Part shown: piece after piece, positions 1-11,567 of the stretch
Numbering within the stretch: position 1 is the first letter of the stretch
Layout: each line of letters begins with the position of its first letter
Source of the DNA: Sminthopsis crassicaudata
Lineage: Eukaryota
Assembly (NCBI RefSeq): GCF_048593235.1
Contig: NC_133622.1
Span: 237,243,198 to 237,307,197 of the forward strand
Length of the DNA: 64,000 bases
Direction of reading: 5' to 3'
The notes under the pieces: generated by a model
Seen by the model: only the letters and a program-made list of their open reading frames with translations
Told to the model about the DNA's origin: nothing
The model's database searches: none
Position numbers and translations under genes: made by a program

Positions 1-2300
1 TTTTTAATTTAATGTAAATAAAGTTGTCCATTTTGTCTTGTACAATGTTCTCTATTTCTTATTTGTTCATAACTTCTCCCTTCTTTAAAGATCCAATGGG
101 TACATTACCTCTTGTTCTCCTAATGGTTTAAGGCTTCATCGTTTATACCCAAATCATGTACCCATTTTGACCTTATTTTGATGTAGGGTGTGCAGTGTAG
201 TTCTATGCTGAGTTCCTGATTTATTATTTTCTAGTTTTCCCGCAATTTTTGTCAAATAGTGAGTTCTCATTATAGAAGATGGAGTTTAAGCGTTTATCAA
301 ACACTTGATTCCTATAGGAATTTTATTCATGTGTTCTGTACATGTAATCTATTTCACTGATCTGGCACTATATTTCTTAGCCAGTACCAAAAGGATTTGA
401 TGGTGTTGCTGTATGATATGGTTTTAGGTTTGGTTCTGCTAAGCTACCATCCTTCATATTTTTTTTTCCATTAATTCCCTTAATATCCTTGATTTTTGCT
501 CTTCCAGATGAATCTTGTTATTATTTTTTTCTATCTAGAAAATAATGTTTTGGCAGTTTGATGGATATTGCAGTGAACAAGTAAATCGATTTTGGTAGAT
601 TTGCCATTTGTATCATATTAACTCAGCATACCAATGAGCAATATATATTTTTTCCAGTTGTGTACTTCTGACTTAACTGTGTGCAAAGAATTTTCTAATT
701 ATGTTCATATAGTTCTTAAATGTGTCTTGACAGGTAGACACCCACATATCTTATTTGGACAATAGTAATTCCAAATCGAATTTCTCTTGTATCTCTATCT
801 GGTGGGCTTTGTCAGTAATATATAGAAAAGCTGATGATTTGTTCGTTTATTTTATATTCTATAACTCTGCTAAAGTTGTGAATTGTTTCTATTAGGTTTT
901 TGGATGCTGTTATTGGATTCCAAACAAAAGTTTGCCTATTTTATTGAATTTTTAAAATAAAATCAACTCTTAGTTTCATTTATGAGTTCTCTAGTTTTTT
1001 AGTTTCTGTTTTATTAATTTAGCCTTGGAGTTTCAGAATTTCTAATTTGGTATTTAATTGGGGTTTTTTAATTTGTTCTTTTTCTAGAGGTTTTAGGTAC
1101 ATATCCAATTCTTTGATCTTCTCTTTATGTTTTATTCAGGTACTAATTATTAATACAAAATTTCCTCTAAACACTTCTTGGGCTACATCCCATAGTTTCA
1201 GGTGTGTTGCCTCATTATTGTCATTGTCTCAGATGAAATTGAGGATTGTTTCTGTGATTTGTTGTGTGACCCATCATTATTTTGAATTAGATTATGTAAA
1301 TTCTCATCCATTTTTAGTCTATCTTTCTCTGCCCTTTTATAGAATATAATTTTTATTGTACTGTGTTTGTAAAGCAAACCTTTTCTGTTTCTTCCTTTTC
1401 AGATTTATATGTCCTAATACATGGTGCATAATGGCCCTAATACATGGTCGATCTTTTGTAGGTACCATGTAGTACCAAGAAAACACTTGAATTCCTTTGA
1501 TGTCTCTATTCAATTTTCTCTATAGGTCTATTATATCTAGGTTTTCTAGCACCTTATTAATGTGCCTGGTTTCTTTCTCATTGTTTATTTTGTGGTTAGA
1601 TTTGCATGCTTCTGAGAGGGGAAGTTGTTGTCTATTTCTCCCTGTAACTGCCTTAATATCTTCTCTAGATATCTAAATGCTCTACCACTTGGTGCATATA
1701 CATTTAATATAATTAATTCTTCATTGTTTAATGAACCCTTTAACAAGAGGTGCTTTGCTTTCTTATCTTTTAGTTATATCTGTTTTTACTTTTACTGTAT
1801 TTGAGATTATAGTTCCTAATGCTACTTTTTAATTTCCATTGAAGAACAATAATAAATTTAATTTCAGCCTTAAACTTTACTCTGTATCTCTCTGTCAAAT
1901 GTGTTTTTTGTAAACATGTTCTAGCATTCCCTTTTTTAATCTACTCTAGTGTTTCTTCAGTTTCATGAGAAAGTTCATCCCATTCACAGTTGTGATTACC
2001 AGCTCTGTATTTCCCTTCATCCGATTTTCAACACTTTCTATAGTTTTATTTTCTCTTAGCATTTTTGCAACTATCACATCCCTATCTTATCTCCTATCAC
2101 TCTCCCCCTCTTGTCTTAGTTTTTTTTTTTACTAACCCAGCCTAATACTTTATCTATTACTCTCTTCCCTTCTCTTCCCTTTCTTCCCTCTTGTTTCTGT
2201 CCTCCATTCTATGCAACCCCTCCCTTTTCTTCTTTCTTTCTCTTCCTCATTTATAGGTTTACATACATTTCTTTATCCAGCTGAATGATTAAGTTATTCC
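1..2300 (-). mobile_element. Old degenerate LINE-1 (ORF2 EN/RT remnants, internally deleted), unit 1
   Basis: Minus-strand remnants of L1 ORF2 motifs: N-terminal ..VNGMN (~1980-2000), YAPSG (~1685-1700), HGTY (~1460), LWD.A..V.RGK (~1160-1200). Confidence 0.85.
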
Positions 2301-2318
2301 CTCTTAAAACCAAAAGTG

Positions 2319-2628
2319 GAACAGGGAAATCACTATGAACCACTATATAGAATTCCCAATACCCCTATTTTTGTCCACTAGCATTTTTATTTCCTTCAAA
2401 TGCTAATGGTACGTTATTTCAATGCCTGATTTTTTTTGTACAGAAAAAATAACTGTTTGGAATGCATACATATATTGTATATAATTTATACTTTAACATA
2501 TGTAACATGTATTGGTCAACCTGCCATCTAGGAGAAGGGCGTGGGTAGAAGGAGGGGAAAAATTGGAACAAAAAGCTTGACAATTGTCAGTGTTGTAAAA
2601 TTACCCATGCATATATCTTGTAAATAAA
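2319..2628 (+). mobile_element. LINE-1 3'-end insertion (tail hidden in N-run)
   Basis: Inserted after TTAAAACCAAAAGTG; L1-type 3' UTR ending in AATAAA; same insertion as 14413. Confidence 0.75.
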
Positions 2629-3314
2629 NNNNNNNNNNNNNNNNNNNNNNNNNNNNNNNNNNNNNNNNNNNNNNNNNNNNNNNNNNNNNNNNNNNNNNNN
2701 NNNNNNNNNNNNNNNNNNNNNNNNNNNNNNNNNNNNNNNNNNNNNNNNNNNNNNNNNNNNNNNNNNNNNNNNNNNNNNNNNNNNNNNNNNNNNNNNNNNN
2801 NNNNNNNNNNNNNNNNNNNNNNNNNNNNNNNNNNNNNNNNNNNNNNNNNNNNNNNNNNNNNNNNNNNNNNNNNNNNNNNNNNNNNNNNNNNNNNNNNNNN
2901 NNNNNNNNNNNNNNNNNCCCTTCCCTCTTTTTCATTGATTGTAATAGGTCTTTTGTACCTGTTAATGTGATCTAATTTGTTCCATTAATCCTCCCCTGTC
3001 CTCTTTTAGTACAGACCTTTGCCATCCATTAATATCTTTCTTTGATATCACATCAGAGTCCATTCAGAAGTATACCTTCTGTCCATGTGAGGTCCCCCAC
3101 TGTCTGCTCTAGGAATAGATATAGTTCTCAAGAGTTACAGATCCCATTTTCTTACCTAGGGATGTAAATAGTTTAANNNNNNNNNNNNNNNNNNNNNNNN
3201 NNNNNNNNNNNNNNNNNNNNNNNNNNNNNNNNNNNNNNNNNNNNNNNNNNNNNNNNNNNNNNNNNNNNNNNNNNNNNNNNNNNNNNNNNNNNNNNNNNNN
3301 NNNNNNNNNTAAAG

Positions 3315-3890
3315 TGTAATGGTCTCTGGGAGCAGGTTTCTTGGGGAGCTTCTGGAGGCAGCCTTAGTTTCAGTTCAGAGGAATAATCACCTCAAATTCA
3401 GCCAGTAGTTAAAGTCCAAATCCTTTATTTTCTCTTTCCAAGTATTGTCTCCTTCCTTCGGCCCAGTTAGCTTTCTTAAGGGCCTATCTCTTTTCTTGGT
3501 TCTTACCTCTAGTCCTTTGCCTCTGCCATCTTCTGCCTCTAGCTCCCTCCAAATGTCTCCAGCCAGCACAAAGGCCGAATATGGAATGACTCTGTCTCTG
3601 CCTCTGAGAGTGGGCTTCTGTGTCTGGCCCTGAGAGCTTCTCGCTTATATGCTATGCACTGATTATGCACAAGTCATTATATCACAAGGAAATCATTATT
3701 TGTTTAGAATTAAATCCATTCTAAACTAGATTTAAACATTGTCTCCTCAATTTCACTTAGTGCCTTGTTTAAAGTTTTGGCCTATAACATCTCTTTGTAG
3801 GATCAGATCAATCATACTGAACCGTGCTAAATTAGACAATTATTGTCTCTATCAATTCCACTTTCTTAGTACCCTGTAAGAATCCTAACA
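3315..3890 (-). mobile_element. Solo ERV LTR (576 bp)
   Basis: TGT...ACA termini (minus strand TGTTAGGATTCTT...CATTACA); TATA-like ATATAA (~3645-3650) upstream of AATAAA (~3424-3429); absent at the paralogous unit 5 site (~52650-52700). Confidence 0.8.
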
Positions 3891-4029
3891 TATATGCATA
3901 TATAAATTGTATGTGTGTGTGTGAGGAGGTATGGATATGGATGTGTGGTTAGTGCTTACTCTTCCCCTAAAGCTCAGATATCATTCTGGAATTGGAGATG
4001 TGGAGAGATGTACCAAATATGAATTTTTT

Positions 4030-4450
4030 TCCATTTTCAATTTTTCAAATATAAGTAGAGATAGTTTTCAACATTCATTTTTAGAAATTTTGAGTTCCAA
4101 TTTTTTTCTCTTTTCCCCCTCCTCAAGAGATCAAACACTCTATTACATGTATGTATGTATGTATATATATATACATATACATATACATATATATTTATGT
4201 AAAATCAGTATTTTTGTGTTGTCTCTTTTTACATTTCTTTTCTTTTTTATTCTAGCATTTTATTTTCAAAATATATGCATGGATAATTTTTGACATTCAG
4301 GACTACAAAACCTTGTGTTCAAATACTTTCCTTCCCCTCTCTCCCCGAGTTCGCAATTGATCTAATATATGTTAAATATGGGCTATTCTTCTACACATAT
4401 TTCCACAAATATGATGCTGCACAAGAAAAATCAGATCCAAAAGGAAAAAA
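4030..4450 (-). mobile_element. Two adjacent older LINE-1 3'-end remnants (paralogs ~39960-40380, ~52845-53635)
   Basis: gatagttttcaacattcattttt..gagttccaa and ttttcaaaatatatgcatggataattt are marsupial L1 3'-terminal signatures recalled from family knowledge. Confidence 0.55.
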
Positions 4451-6865
4451 TTGCTAACTCATTTTCTTAAATGGGGTTGAATATCTTCAGCTATTTAATA
4501 ACCTTAAGCAGAATGATGGTTTCACTGGTACTCAGTTAATGTGAAATAAAACACTTTTCTGCAACTTCCAGGGAGAGATCCTTGAAAAAGTAACTCCACA
4601 CAGGGTGGCTTCCTTCAGTTTTGTAAAAATGATGATTACTTCAAATTGCCATTTGGAGCACATGGTAAATATTTAGCTTTGTGTCTCTCTATACACAAGT
4701 GAACATCTCTGAGCTGGCCATTCCTAGCATTGTTTTTTGAGATGTTCAGAATTCTCACAATCTTCATACACTATTGCATGGCCATCTTTTCTTCACCTGT
4801 GAAAATATCATCCAACCTTTGAAGACTTAGCAACATTGGGTTTTTGGAATACATCACTTTGATCAAGAACTATGCTTTCAAAGGGAAGAGACATTTGTGA
4901 TTTCTGATCATGTCAGCATTATAAACTTATTCTCTGGTTTTTAGAACTGTGAATTTGTCCTCCAATACTCCTCCTCCCTTGCTTTATCCATCCTTTTCCC
5001 CAAGTTTGCTTTCTGTATTACCATGTGCTCATGAAAAGAGCTGGGTGAAATTTTAGATAATATGATGACAGAGTTTAATGCAATTTTTTCTGTTATCTTA
5101 TCTGTAGCCTTCAAATTAAATGGCAACTATATTGTGCTTTCTGAATCCACTTTCTCTATCATTCTCACCAGTGCTTCTGAGGAATCTTTAAGAATTTTCT
5201 CAAATATCTGAATCAAATTCTCTTACCTCCCAGTCAAGCATTTTGGTGATTTAAAAATGGAGGCCAGTTGTGGAGAGTTTCTTTTCCCTACCTCCTGTAA
5301 TGTGATTGTATTCATATTTAGTCCATCACATTCTCTTTCTTCATTCCAGTTCTCTTTTAAAATTTTGTTTATTTGAAAGTTAAATTCTAAATAAAAAAGA
5401 AAAATACAGAAAAGAAACAATATATTTTCATGTTTATAGCACAGCATGACATGATTCAAAATATGAAACAATAAATACAATTTTGAAGAAAATATGCAAC
5501 AAATAGTTCATATTATGTACAGATTGATTCAATTTTCCTTTGCTTATTTGTAAGTTTTATTTGTTCCTGTACAGTTTTTGCATTCATCTATTTTCCCTTC
5601 CTTCTTTGCTCTACTTTCAGAAGAATTCAATTTAATGTAGACATGTTTATATATACATATACTATATATATACATATATTCAGATATCAATAATCATCAC
5701 ACATATAATATATACATTCATATTCATCTATGAGAGGCTGTTCCATGCTTGTTTCTACTCTTTTTTTTGCAGTTGCATCATAACATCGTTCATAAATACA
5801 AGTCTTTTTTATTTTCTTAAATCCACTAACTCATCATCATTTGCTACGACATAGCAATCTTCCAAAACTATTCAATATAGTTTTTTAAATACTCTCAAGC
5901 AATATTGAACAATCATTTAGAGTTCTCTGATTTTTTTTCATAAATCTATTTTTGCTTTAACTTTATCTGAGATCAATGATCATTTACCCTTACGTTTTTC
6001 CTAATAAATTGTACTTTTAATCATTATTTTTTCTTTGTTTGTGTCTCTTATTTCCTATCACTCACAATTCCTGTCCTTTCCTTCTACCTTCAGTCTTGAT
6101 TCACTATATGTTATCTTTTCCCACTCACCTTTTCTCTTGCTCTTTATCCAATTTCTGTTAATATACACACCTGTCTATACTATGCCATTCACTGTGGAAT
6201 ATTCTCTTATTCTCTCTCCTTCTTTATAAATTAAAAAAATTGTAACTTTTAGATACACACACACACACACACATGCTGTATTATTCCTTCTTTTACCTAT
6301 TCTTACTGGGAATATAGAAGCCTTCCTCCCTTATCTAAATATTCTGCAACATTTTTTTTTTCTAGTACCTTCTTCATATAACATAAGTAATTTTAGGAAA
6401 AAAACATTTTTCCTAAATTGCTTTTTAGAAACACATCTTATGTAAACCTCTCTTCTGGCTTCACTCCTTTATAAGAAGACATGTGTATGTTTATCTGTAT
6501 GAATGTGTGTATATATAGGTATCAATATATATATGTAGCCAGGGAATATTAAGGAGATGACCTTCCCTCCTCCCCAAGTAGAAAGAATGGGATGTCTCTC
6601 ACAGATTTCTAGATTTTCAGGAGTCTCAGGGACAGAATCTTTGCCATATGCACTGCAGAACAAAAAAGATTCAAAATATGAAATAATATAATTTGAAGAA
6701 ATCTTATAGAATAAATACTATGTATTATATTCAGAGGGGATCATCTTTTCTTTGCTTACTTTTTTGGTTTTTGTACTTTTTGTGCATTTTTTATTTTCTT
6801 CTTCTCTCCAAGCTTTTCTACCCCTCCATGTCCCCCAAGCGATCTATAATTAAGCAAACATTTAT

Positions 6866-6867
<2 letters not shown>

Positions 6868-6924
<57 letters not shown>

Positions 6925-6950
6925 TATATAATATATATGCATATATATAG
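6868..6950. repeat. (TA)n microsatellite
   Basis: Directly visible; shorter in the paralog at ~42795-42850. Confidence 0.95.
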
Positions 6951-8084
6951 ACATATATAGGTACACATCCATTTAAATAGATCCTTATATTCATAGACAT
7001 AAATGCATTCGTAGACATTTCTGTAATGCCACTCTAAGCTTGTTTGTCCTGTGTCTCTGAACATGATTAACATCATCCTTTATAAATCTGACACTTTCAA
7101 TATTTTTCTAAATTCACCAAGATATCATTTTGCTACAACTTAGCCCTATAGTATCAAGCTATTTTAAGCAATCTAAAACAATATTGGTCAATATAGTTTA
7201 CCTATAGCACAATTTCCTGATTTTTCTCTTTTGAATAAACCTATTTTAGCTTTAATTGTGACTTAAATTAATGCTTACTATCCTCCCTTTTTTGGTAATT
7301 AATTCTGCTGATCATTATTATGTTTGTTTGCATCTGTTATTTTCTTTCACTGCTGACAGCTCTAATTTATTTTTACTAGCTATTTTGCCTTGTTACTACT
7401 TTAACAATCTTTCCTCCAAGATTTACTCCCTTTTTATCTTACTCCTACTCTGCTCCTCATTCTTTATCCAATTTGCATAGTCTACACACCTTATAACATC
7501 CCCATCTATGTCCTCCATCCTATTCCATGCTCCTCTTATTTCTTGATCAATTTAAATCCTTTTTATATTCTTTTGGATATATTTTGTTCCCTCTAATGCA
7601 TTCTTCCTGTGAATAGAATTTCAGTACCATTAGCTATCTTCCCACATAATTCCTCTAGGCCAGAGGAGTTTACAATTCCTACTGGCCAAATATCCACTCT
7701 GATACATACATNNNNNNNNNNNNNNNNNNNNNNNNNNNNNNNNNNNNNNNNNNNNNNNNNNNNNNNNNNNNNNNNNNNNNNNNNNNNNNNNNNNNNNNNN
7801 NNNNNNNNNNNNNNNNNNNNNNNNNNNNNNNNNNNNNNNNNNNNNNNNNNNNNNNNNNNNNNNNNNNNNNNNNNNNNNNNNNNNNNGGAGGGCTACAGTT
7901 CTGCTCCCAGTCTTGAATGTTTTTTTCATGCTCTACATTCACTCTGAGCTACTCTAGTTTGTGCAAGAAATCAGGAGAACTTGGAACTTTTTGAATTACT
8001 ATGCCATCTTCCCAGAATCCTCTGTACATATTCTGCGTGGATAGGCATTACATGATAAGGGAGATTCAGTAACTTTTCAAACTA

Positions 8085-8981
8085 TTAACAACCACAAGAA
8101 TTGGGCATAGGCTTATTAATGCTGACGAGTATAAATGGGCTGACTGTTGGATAACAAAGAGAGAGAAGCGCTGAGGTATGTATCATCCACATGTTTATGG
8201 ATTTAAAATACAACATACAGATTATACAAATGGGACTGAATGTATTAAACAAAACAAAGGTGGCCACTAGGAGCAGGATAGCTTGGGTTGCCCTCGTTTC
8301 AGGGGATATTTTTGTGGAGGTGCTCTTACTATGTATGTGATTAACATTTCTCCTGTGTCTATATAGGATTAAGACCATATGGACACTAGAAGCAGTCATG
8401 AGACCTGCAAAGAAAGCATCATGGACAAATGTTATAATTTCAAATTTTATATGATTATTATTATACACATCTAGAGCTCTATACCCAGTGCTGCATCCAT
8501 CTTTACTGACTGTGCTGTTCTTTGGACTATCATGACGTAGAAATAGAAGCATATGGATTATTAGATGGAAGATCCAGCATAGAACAGTGCATCTAATGAT
8601 GCTCTTTGGTGCTTTAATTTTCACTTGTGCCCATAAGGAGTTGTTGGGACTAATAGTAATGGCTTGGAAGACACTCAAGAGGCAGGTGCTGTTTAAGGAG
8701 AGACCCCGGGTTAGTATCTGCATATATGTTATGATTTTAATCCCAGTCCTGTCCAGGACACATTTTACCTTCCAAAGCCTTGTTATGGTAGGTATTCCTC
8801 TAAAGAGAAGTACCATGGCATTGGAAAAGGCCAACTGGATGATAAGTACATTTTTGGGTCTTACTGTATGAGCAGTGAGGAAATTAAAGCTGTTTAGGAT
8901 GAGGAGAGTTAAGTTACCCAGGAATCCAGTTCCAGTTAGTTGCAGGTAGGCTATCCCCAGAATTTCATCCAAGGTCAGCAT
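8085..8981 (-). CDS. VN1R: Vomeronasal type-1 receptor (V1R), copy 1, 298 aa, intact
   Basis: Intronless 7TM ORF with V1R hallmarks: TM1 GNL, RPKN, LAFSN..LLFRG, TM3 RGLSL..TCLLSVFQAITISP, ECL2 N-S-T sequon and GCS, LYRH..V.HIH, SPE.RATQ.ILLLV, CYPTVSPF. The symbol is family-level only. Confidence 0.97.
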   Translation of the reverse strand: MLTLDEILGIAYLQLTGTGFLGNLTLLILNSFNFLTAHTVRPKNVLIIQLAFSNAMVLLFRGIPTITRLWKVKCVLDRTGIKIITYMQILTRGLSLNSTCLLSVFQAITISPNNSLWAQVKIKAPKSIIRCTVLCWIFHLIIHMLLFLRHDSPKNSTVSKDGCSTGYRALDVYNNNHIKFEIITFVHDAFFAGLMTASSVHMVLILYRHRRNVNHIHSKSTSTKISPETRATQAILLLVATFVLFNTFSPICIICMLYFKSINMWMIHTSALLSLCYPTVSPFILVSINKPMPNSCGC

Positions 8982-9024
8982 TCTTTACCTCATGAAGATG
9001 ATTTGCTGCTAGTCTCAAGAAGAC

Positions 9025-9050
9025 CTATGGGTAAAAACATGAAAATATGC
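9025..9050 (-). promoter_or_regulatory. Putative 3' splice acceptor of the V1R coding exon
   Basis: Minus strand reads catattttcatgtttttacccatAG|G, exactly 43 nt upstream of the ATG in all five copies (exon starts 9024, 18844, 31534, 44852, 58818). V1R genes are known to have non-coding 5' exons. Confidence 0.7.
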
Positions 9051-10729
9051 TTGTGACATACTGTGATTTTCCCACTGAAATTCCATGATTTCTAGTATGA
9101 AAATGAAGTGTAAATGATTTCCAGAGTGATAAGATTTACCCAAAGAATCATGAACAGCAAGAAAGAGAATAAGAATCTCAACCCTTGTTGTCTAACTCTG
9201 AAGTCTTTTTTCCAGCTCAATTTGATGCTGCTTGGATAATATTGTTGTTCCTGGAGGGCAGAGCACTTCTTCAGCCCCATACAAAGCATTATTTTTAATG
9301 TAAGAAGGAACTAAATCACATGTGTTATTAAACTCAACTAGGATCAGGGAGCATGCTGAGGTAGGGAAAAATACCTTGAGACCATCTTATTTAGGAGGAA
9401 GAAATGAAGATTGAAAGAACTCTCAGTTTGCACATCAGTGTTGATTTCTGAAATGGCAGACTTTGCGTTTTGGGACAGGGACAGGAGAGCCCGCATCCTC
9501 AATCAGTGCTATTTGCATCATTTTATTTTGTCCCATTCTTTCAATATAGTGAAGCATGTTGGGCCACATTAAGGAAAGGTAATGGATCAGGGCAGGGAAC
9601 AGATGAGAACAGAAGCCAAGAGTCTTCATTTTCATAGTGCTTTCCCAATCCACTGAGAAATTGCAGATTCTGAATATGCCAGGTTAGGTCATTAGAGAGG
9701 AGCCAATTCCTTATATGACAAACATGCTATTTCTCAAACAGAGACCGAAGAAGGAATACTACCTCCTTCCCATGTTCTTCCAAAGTAACCAATACTTGCC
9801 ATATATGTGCCTATGGATACTTTTATGACAAAATATTCCAGCATCAGAATTTCTTGTCTATTAATTTCATACGGATCTATATCTTTGACTCAGTTAAGGT
9901 AAAAAATTCTTAAGCAATTGTCACAACCCCATTTGGATCCTAGTAACTGAATAAGAGTCATGAAATTATTAATTGTTTTGAGTGAATGTTGGATTTTATA
10001 CTTAATTTGTATACCTCCACATATGGATAAGCATAAAAATTTCTCAGGTGAAAGGGGTCAAAAGTGGAAAACATTTAAGAAGTCCTGCCTCAAGTGACGC
10101 CCAAAGCAGGAAGAGTGGAGAAATATTTAGGCAGCACTGGAGCAGGTTCAATGCCAGTTCTACATGGCATTTGATAGCTTATTCCTTTTCCTTATGATGG
10201 GAAGTGTTATTTTTTGTATTACTGCATAAAGATACAGGAATATTACGTTGATTTTCCTTGAATCACTCAATCTCTTACACTTTTCCTTATACCTGTGTCC
10301 TGGCTTGCCCAGCTTCCTTCAGATCTTAGCCAAAGTCTTATATTTTTGAAAAAGCTTCTGCCCGTTAGCCATTATCTAATCTTCTTTTATGTATATATTA
10401 TGCCTCCTTCTCTGTCCTCATCTCTCTCTCATGTCTCTGTCTCTTTCTCTCTTTCTGTCTCTCCCACTCTCTGTCCTTGCCTGCATTTGCAGTATTTTGC
10501 ACGTTGGGGATCCCTGTAGTCTTTGAACTTCTTGAAGCAGGCAGTGCTTTTGCCTTTCTTTTCCTCCTCTCACTCACCATTGGGACTGGACCATTGCTAC
10601 TTTGCTTTTTGACTGGCTGACTTTCATTTAGCTCATTCAGTAAGATCTTATGCAAGGCTCTAAGGAGCAAATTATTGATTCTTTACTTTTGTACAAATCT
10701 GTCTCAGCTACTAAGGCACAGTCACTTAC

Positions 10730-10902
10730 CAGGTCAGACTCTGTCAATACAGCAGAAAGTAGAACAGCAGCAATCTGTGTTGAAGCAGGAAAATATGTCT
10801 GTATGACTGTGTGGCTCATATATAGGGGATGGTCAGGATTGCAGGTATTATGCTGGCTTGTCTGACCTCATCTCCCCATTAGGGTTGCAATTATCATGTC
10901 AT
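10730..10902 (-). other. Candidate upstream non-coding exon of V1R copy 1 (paralogs in all units)
   Basis: Strong donor CTG|GTAAGT at 10730/10729 (also 20550, 33237, 46562; GTAAAT at 62790) and a possible acceptor catttctctgcAG at 10903. Motif inference only; no transcript evidence. Confidence 0.35.
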
Positions 10903-11567
10903 CTGCAGAGAAATGGTCCTGCTTGCCTGGGTTAACTGGGACCCATTTATTAGAAAATGAACTTTTATCCCAAGTGTTTACATTATCTAGAGTGTTGATT
11001 TCTTAAAGTCTCTAGTGTAGCATCAATGAGCGAAGCAATGAAGATCTGTCAAGTGACTTGCAGGAAGATGCAATGAAAACAAGTGAGCCAGAGCATTGTG
11101 CACCTAGTTCATGTTTAGCTTTGGTTATAGATGAGTCTCTCTTGTATAATTGACACCATTGGGTCTGTTTTTTAGGACTGTCCCAATAAGCTCCCAATTT
11201 TGTATTCTGTCTAATTGAAAATAAATTAAAAGTCAACTGTATCCCTAGAAAAAATGAGGGCTAATTACACATTAGGCACTGATAATTATCTCTGGTCAAG
11301 ACTATCTCAAATTCTATCTCCTACAGAAAAGGAGGATCAACACTTGGAACAAAAGTCATGGAATACCCTGTAGTTTCAGTGGTTGGGCCAGAACATCACA
11401 CTTCTTTTCTCAATTTTTCCCTGTGTGAGCAGACTTAAACTTCTATATATTTTCCCCCTCTAGTCTGCTATTATTGGGAAATAAGTTTGATGTTCTGACC
11501 CACCTCCTCATTCCACAGGGTAATTCATTTGTTCCAAGTGTTGGTCTTCCTTTTCTGTAGGGGATAG

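Larger units (their letters stand above)
283..11170 (+). repeat. Segmental duplication unit 1 (A type); direct copy at about 36331-46984
   Basis: Near-identical ORF-track peptides recur at about +36 kb (1047/37100, 3387/39318, 4941/40866, 8085/43922, 10650/46482) and the sequences align by eye. Confidence 0.95.

Noticed and set aside
1047-1349. 100-aa ORF repeated at 12987, 25166 and 37100
   Set aside because: Antisense reading of the decayed L1; it recurs because of segmental duplication.
6693-7076. Ile/Tyr- or Cys/Val-rich ORFs and ORFs spanning X-runs
   Set aside because: Translations of (TA)n/(TG)n microsatellites or N-runs.
8587-8871. Plus-strand ORFs antisense to each V1R (also 18407, 30998, 44424, 58282)
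   Set aside because: Shadow ORFs of the V1R CDS. They recur only because the gene is duplicated and their extents vary between copies.
9511-9518. Octamer motif ATTTGCAT upstream of V1R copies 1, 2 and 4
   Set aside because: Mutated in copy 3, absent in copy 5, and lies in the predicted intron. An 8-mer like this is expected by chance in AT-rich DNA.
10398-10670. Arg/Glu-rich ORFs resembling SR/RE-domain proteins (also 20205, 32892, 46217)
   Set aside because: The charged tail comes from a CT/GA-rich low-complexity tract and the frame differs among paralogs. No gene could be assigned; kept only within the unidentified-block finding.
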